Assembly: GCA_964016885.1 (NCBI GenBank)
Contig: OZ024766.1
Span: 4,092,001-4,156,000, forward strand
DNA length: 64,000 nucleotides
Direction: 5' to 3'
From: Eledone cirrhosa
Taxonomy: Eukaryota
How positions within the stretch are numbered: position 1 is the stretch's first letter; every line of letters starts with the position of its first letter. A program made the position numbers and the translations under genes. Below, one piece after another: positions 57,742 through 64,000 of this stretch. The notes beneath the pieces were generated by a model, which worked only from the letters and a program-made list of their open reading frames with translations, searched no databases and was not told where the DNA came from.

Positions 57742-57943
57742 CGAAGGACGACTAAAAAGTTCAGAAGCTGATCAAGATACTCTCATGGAATGACCAAATG
57801 AGGTTTATTTTTCAACATAGCCCATGGAAGGAAAGAAGCAATGCAGCTATTAATAAGGAGAGTTGAAATTAATGCATGCAAGATTTCACAGCTCTAGCAT
57901 CACTCGTTCATAGTCAGCCTTTAATCTTTTCAGTCCACCCTCG
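57742..57943. mobile_element. Mariner-like MITE (second copy 57200-57384, partial copy ~58030-58150)
   Basis: Imperfect TIRs CGAAGGACGACTAAAAAG... / ...CTTTTCAGTCCACCCTCG; interior shared between copies. Confidence 0.55.
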
Positions 57944-58326
57944 AATATATACATTATATATATATAAGAAGGTTTTGGGACCCCGACGGCTGAGCTCCTG
58001 CTGTTTCAACAGCTAAATCCGTTTCTATTTTCAACATAGCCCCAGGAAAGAAGCAATATAGTTTTTACTAAGAAGAATTGAAATTAATGCATGCAAGATT
58101 TCACAGCACTAGCATCACTCGTTCATAGTCGGCTTATGATCTTTTCATCCAAAAGGAGACTTTTGAGGGTTCATTTTGTAAGTACTCTCTAATGATATTT
58201 GACTACCGTAACAGATATTACATCATGTGGACTAATAGTCTTTGTACATTTTACTTGTATATAACATATCACACTGCTATAATCTACTAATACCCTTGTG
58301 TATTTATCCGTCACGCACAAGAGATC

Positions 58327-58807
58327 ACTGAGGAAGGAAGGGGTGATAACGTCGACTGAGGAAGGAAGGGGTGATTATGTTGACTGAGGAAGGAAGGGGT
58401 GATTACGTTGACTGAGGAAGGAAGGGGTGATTACGTTGACTAAGGAAGGAAGGGGTGATTACGTTGACTGAGGAAGGAAGGGGTGATTACGTTGACTGAG
58501 GAAGGAGGGGGTGGTTATGTTAACTGAGGAAAGAAGGGGTGATTACGTCGACTGAGAAAGGAAAGGGTGATTACGTTGACTGAGGAAGGAAGGGGTGATT
58601 ACGTTGACTGAGAAAGGAAGGGGTGATTACGTCGACTGAGAAAGGAAGGGGTGATTATGTTGACTGAGGAAGGAAGGGGTGATTACGTCGATTGAGGAAG
58701 GACGGGGTGATTACGTTGACTGAGAAAGGAAGGGGTGATTATGTTGACTGAGGAAGGAAGGGGTGATTACGTCGATTGAGGAAGGAAGGGGTGATTCCGT
58801 CGACTGA
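58327..58807 (+). repeat. 28-bp purine-rich minisatellite (~17 units) abutting a SINE 3' half (58808-59093)
   Basis: GACTGAGGAAGGAAGGGGTGATTACGTT repeated. Confidence 0.9.
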
Positions 58808-59596
58808 AAAAGTACCCAGCCCACACTGTAAAGTGGACGTGGAGGCGCCACGGCAAAAAAAGCACCCAGCACTCCCTGTAAAGTGAATGTGTAGGCGCCA
58901 CGAAAAAGCACCCAGCCCTCACTGTAAATGAGGTTGGTGTTAGGAAGCGCATCCAGCTGTAGAAATCAAGCCAGAATCAGTTCCTGTATGAGCAAGACAT
59001 GGTCAACCGACCGGACACTGCCTATAACAGGACAACCTGTCTAACCCATGCTAGCGTGGAAGAACGGACGTAAAACGGTGATGATGATGATGTATATGTT
59101 TCTAATGGACAAGACCAACAATTTGAAGAGGGGGGGGGGGGGGGGTCAATTAAACCGACTCCAGTGCATTACTGCTACTATATTTTATCAATTCCGAAAT
59201 GACAAAAGACAAAGCTAACCTCGGTGGGATTTGAACTCAGAATGTAAAGGGACGTAACTTTATTTTGTACCCATCTTACCTTTGCTATTTGGAACTCTCA
59301 GTGTAACTTGTATTTCTGTACCTTATCACCACATACCTACCTGCTAATTAGACAATCATACCTCGTATCTAGAAGTTTATTTCCTGAGGAGATTTGTGAA
59401 ATATAATGACTTGATATATAGTTTCTTGATATTAATTAATTAATTAATTAATTAATTGGCAAATTGTTACAGATGACTACAATTACATCTCAAAAAATTG
59501 AAACGACAAAAAGCACCCAGTCGACGCTGTAAAGTGGTCATGTAGGTGTCATGGCAAAAAGCACCCAGTCCACACTGTAAAGTGGTCATTTAGGTG

Positions 59597-60580
59597 AGGA
59601 AAGAATCTCTGAATTGAGAGATCACAGCTCTGATACTACAGACATGTGGTTAGAATGTCTCAGGAAAGAATCTCTGGATTGAGAGATCACAGCTCTGATA
59701 CTACAGACATGTGGTTAGAATGTCTCAGGAAAGAATCTGTGGATTGAGAGATCACAGCTCTGATACTACAGACATGTGGTTAGAATGTCTCAGGAAAGAA
59801 TCTCTGAATTGAGAGATCACAGCTCTGATACTACAGACATGTGGTTAGAATGTCTCAGGAAAGAATCTCTGAATTGAGAGATCACAGCTCTGATACTACA
59901 GACATGTGGTTAGAATGTCTCAGGAAAGAATCTCTGAATTGAGAGATCACAGCTCTGATACTACAGACATGTGGTTAGAATGTCTCAGGAAAGAATCTCT
60001 GGATTGAGAGATCACAGCTCTGATACTACAGACATGTGGTTAGAATGTCTCAGGAAAGAATCTCTGAATTGAGAGATCACAGCTCTGATACTACAGACAT
60101 GTGGTTAGAATGTCTCAGGAAAGAATCTCTGAATTGAGAGATCACAGCTCTGATACTACAGACATGTGGTTAGAATGTCTCAGGAAAGAATCTCTGGATT
60201 GAGAGATCACAGCTCTGATACTACAGACATGTGGTTAGAATGTCTCAGGAAAGAATCTCTGAATTGAGAGATCACAGCTCTGATACTACAGACATGTGGT
60301 TAGAATGTCTGAGGAAAGAATCTCTGAATTGAGAGACCACAGCTCTGATACTACAGACATGTGGTTAGAATGTCTCAGGAAACCAACAGGCAGGAGACCT
60401 AGGGGTAGACCCCGAGCAAGATAGTTGGATAACATCCATGACCTTGGCTGGTCATGCTTGGGAGATCCAGTCGGATCAGTTGGAGAAGGTTGTTACTTCT
60501 AACAGGACCTGCAGGAAGATGTGTTTGAGGGCTCTGACCCCACATATCCCTCTCAGGAATAAGGGGGTGAAGAAGAAGAA
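59597..60580 (+). mobile_element. Same RTE family: ~12 units of the 65-bp array, LINE 3' end and short (GAA)n tail
   Basis: Array 59597-60382 followed by RKPTGRRPRGRPRAR*LDNIHDLGWSCLG... and GAAGAAGAAGAA. Confidence 0.78.
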
Positions 60581-61610
60581 ACAAAGAAAACAAACAAACA
60601 AAAGAAATATTTTATTATTCGTAATAAATGAGAGAAATATCAAAGAAATTTTGTTGTGGCATGGCAGAAACCCGATGGTTGATATGTTTAATAAAACGAA
60701 GGGTTTCTGAGTCCCGGTAGACAAGGGCCAGAGAGTTGTGTGCTGGACTAACGGTGAGCAACTGAAAATATATAAAAAGAGGGGTTAACTAGGTTGGGGT
60801 GTTTTAGAGGAAAAAGGGATTAAAACATTGTTAGAGGTTTGTTGCTACAGTTAATGGTGTTATATCTATTATATACATATGTATATATATATATATATAT
60901 ACACATACATACATTATATATATATGTATATATATATACATTATATATATATGAGAGAGAGTTGATAAATAAAACAAAACAAACACAGGGATACAAAACT
61001 ACAAAGTCTTATTAGGTTCACGCTTAGAAGAAATGGCAGAGGGTTCTACATATATATAGGAAAGAGTCAGGACCCGGATGGTTCAGCTCAGGCCGTTTTG
61101 ACAGCTAGATCCGAACGGCTGGAGCTCTGCCGTCGGGGTCCTGACTCTTTTCCTATTACCCACTCTACTACCCTAAGTATCGAGTACTCTGGTGCGTTAT
61201 GGTCCACCTGGTTCCTTACCACATTTCCTTCGTTATATATCATCATCAGGGTTGGGTGCTTTTTTGCCGTGGCACCTCCACGACCACCTTGCAGTGGAAT
61301 GATAGGGACCCCTAGAGTTCAAGCTGTTTCGACGAAATGAGATGATAGGGACCACAGTCCCTATCATCTCATTTCTACAGCTGAGTAAACTGGAGCAATG
61401 TGAAATAAAGTGTCTTGCTCAAGGAAACAACACATCACCTGGTCTGAGAATTGAACTCACAACCTTTCGATTGCAAGGCCAATGCTCTAACCACTAAGCT
61501 ATGTGCCTCCATCTATATATTTAAACATTACCTCTTCATCTTCACCTTTCACTATATACGATATGTATCCGCCATAGTCTGGTTGCCAACCTGCAATTGA
61601 AAAATATATA

Positions 61611-62516
61611 TAATAATGATAATAATAATGAAATTATTGTGTAAAGTGCTCAGGTGCACTACAACTCATCAAAGGTGTATGTATAGTACATAGAATAATA
61701 CACAAATGTCAGGGAAGTACATGTGTGTATGTGTTAGCTGTAGTGTTGGCGGATCTCGGGAAGCATGGAGGCCTTAAAGGATGCAGTGTCTCGACAGCTA
61801 ACAACTAATACAGGTAGTTTGTTCCATGGAGGTTTTAAAGGATGCAGTGTCTCGACAGCTAACAACTAATACAGGTAGTTTGTTCCATGGAGGTTTTAAA
61901 GGATGCAGTGTCTCGACAGCTAACAACTAATACAGGTAATTTGTTCCATGGAGGTTTTAAAGGATGCAGTGTCTCGACAGCTAACAACTGATGTAGGGAG
62001 TTTGCTCCATGGAGGTTTTAAAGGATGCAGTGTCTCGACAGCTAACAACTGATGCAGGTAGTTTGTTCCATGGAGGTTTTAAAGGATGCAGTGTCTCGAC
62101 AGCTAACAACTGATGCAGGTAGTTTGTTCCATGGAGGTTTTAAAGGATGCAGTGTCTCGACAGCTAACAACTGATGCAGGTAGTTTGTTCCATGGAGGTT
62201 TTAAAGGATGCAGTGTCTCGACAGCTAACAACTGATGTAGGTAGTTTGTTCCATGGAGGTTTTAAAGGATGCAGTGTCTCGACAGCTAACAACTGATGCA
62301 GGGAGTTTGTTCCATGGAGGTTTTAAAGGATGCAGTGTCTCGACAGCTAACAACTGATGCAGGTAGTTTGTTCCATGGAGGTTTTAAAGGATGCAGTGTC
62401 TCGACAGCTAACAACTGATGCAGGTAGTTTGTTCCATGGAGGTTTTAAAGGATGCAGTGTCTCGACAGCTAACAACTGATGCAGGTAGTTTGTTCCATGC
62501 TTCAGCAACTCTGTCC
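61611..62516 (-). mobile_element. CR1/L2-group LINE 3' end with a 61-bp tandem array (~12 units, 61764-62500)
   Basis: Minus strand RVAEA[WNKLPASVVSCRDTASFKTS]n MLPEIRQHYS*, then a 3' UTR and (ATT)n tail. WN.LP..VV.....FK is the typical CR1/L2 ORF2 C-terminus. Confidence 0.75.
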
Positions 62517-62913
62517 TAGCTTTCCAGGCTTACATGAATAGGTAAACCAAGCCAGAAACAGTTCTGCATGAGCAAAAGATCGTCATCTGATCTGACTTGT
62601 CTCACAACGGGGCAACTCGTCAAACCCATGCTAGCGTGGAAAAATGGACATCAAACTATGATTATGTAAGTGTGTGTGTGTGTATATATATATATTTCTT
62701 TATTTTAGGTAGATATATTTCTTTATATACGTATATATATGTGTGTGTGTATATATATATATATACGTATATATGTGTGTGTGTGTATATATATATACGT
62801 ATATATGTGTGTGTGTGTGTATATATATATATACGTATGTGTGTGTATATAAATATATATACGTATATATATGTGTGTGTATATATATATACGTGTGTGT
62901 ATATACGTATATA

Positions 62914-62945
<32 letters not shown>

Positions 62946-62955
62946 CACGTATATA

Positions 62956-62989
<34 letters not shown>

Positions 62990-62997
62990 CGTATATA

Positions 62998-63031
<34 letters not shown>

Positions 63032-63182
63032 CGTATATATGTGTGTGTATATATATATATATATATATACGTATATATGTGTGTGTGTATGTCGTTCTAT
63101 TCCTATTACAGCTTGATATAAGGGAGGTAACTCTCTATATACTATTTTACTGTGTCACTGCTTAGCTGAAATTTTCATAGTT

Positions 63183-63239
<57 letters not shown>

Positions 63240-63311
63240 GAAACGTTACGTTTCACTTTATTAACCTGTCGAAATGCGATTCCCACTGAATTTATATATA
63301 TATATATATAT

Positions 63312-63660
63312 CATCATCATCTCATCATCATTTCATTTTACGTCCCCCTTTTTCCCTGCTTGCAAGGGTGGGACGGGAACTGATCCTGGCTTGATTTCTA
63401 CAGCTGGATGCCCTTCCTAACACCAACCTCATTTACAGTGAGTGCTGGGTGCTTTTTTGCCGTGGCACCCCCACGACCACTTTGCAGTGGAATGATAGGG
63501 ACCCCAGTCCCTATCATCTCATTTCTACAGCTGAGTAAACTGGAGCAATGTGAAATAAAGTGTCTTGCTCAAGGAAACAACACATTACCCGGTCTGAGAA
63601 TTGAACTCACAACCTTTCGATTGCAAGGCCAATGCTCTAACCACTAAGCCATGTGCGTCC
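63312..63660 (-). mobile_element. tRNA-derived SINE, full-length copy
   Basis: Reverse complement of 54657-54997. Confidence 0.85.
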
Positions 63661-63757
63661 ATATATATATATATATATACTATCCAGGAAGCTCCAACCA
63701 TTAAGGTTGTTTTGTTTTTTTCCGGGTATGTCAATATTTATTTATAAAACAAATCTG

Positions 63758-63823
63758 TATTTTATCTGATGAAAGCGCACCATAATTTGCCTTGGTGGCC
63801 CTTGAAATATGTATAATAAAATA
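63758..63823 (+). ncRNA. Type I hammerhead (TATTTTAT family)
   Basis: TATTTTAT-CTGATGA-AAGCGCACCA(loop)TGGTGGCCCTT-GAAA-TATGTA-TA-ATAAAATA. Confidence 0.75.
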
Positions 63824-64000
63824 AATATGGTTTTATAAATATAGTTTCCATTTATTAATATATTGTATATAATTCTATATATTTTTAATTGTGAAGCCTG
63901 CACAGTGTACTCTACATGTAAATAATTGTTTCTATTTTAGGCACAAGGCCAGCAATTACCCCAGTACATTACTGGTACTTTATTTTATCGACCCCCGTTA

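Noticed and set aside
58327-58807. CTGAGGA in every 28-bp unit as tandem hammerhead cores
   Set aside because: There is no stem II, no properly placed GAAA and no stem I/III complementarity.

Overview
This is AT-rich, microsatellite-saturated animal DNA; the repeat landscape suggests an octopus or other cephalopod (inference). Almost all ORFs in the track are artefacts of (TA)n/(CA)n/(CAC)n or minisatellite translation. Real content: (1) two exons of a Tiki/TRABD2-like Wnt-cleaving metalloprotease gene on + (29446-29536, with a GHFMGNHTVIDHLRKAGFVIEH motif, and a phase-compatible terminal exon 47381-47663 with a GPI-signal-like tail), so most of the window is probably intron; (2) a very young tandem (about 1.8 units of 4131 bp) Penelope-like retroelement (PLE) with an intact 1209-aa RT + GIY-YIG ORF and an Asn-rich insert, inserted in (TA)n; (3) about 20 type-I hammerhead ribozyme (HHR) motifs from 7-8 short non-coding element families, nearly all in (TA)n and often as fold-backs, including U3-A8 compensatory core variants; (4) several minisatellites that are tandem amplifications of C-terminal coding segments of RTE and CR1-like LINEs; (5) tRNA-derived SINEs (one sharing its 3' tail with an RTE LINE), mariner- and pogo-like MITEs, and other satellites. 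All calls are by-eye motif recognition; no searches were run.
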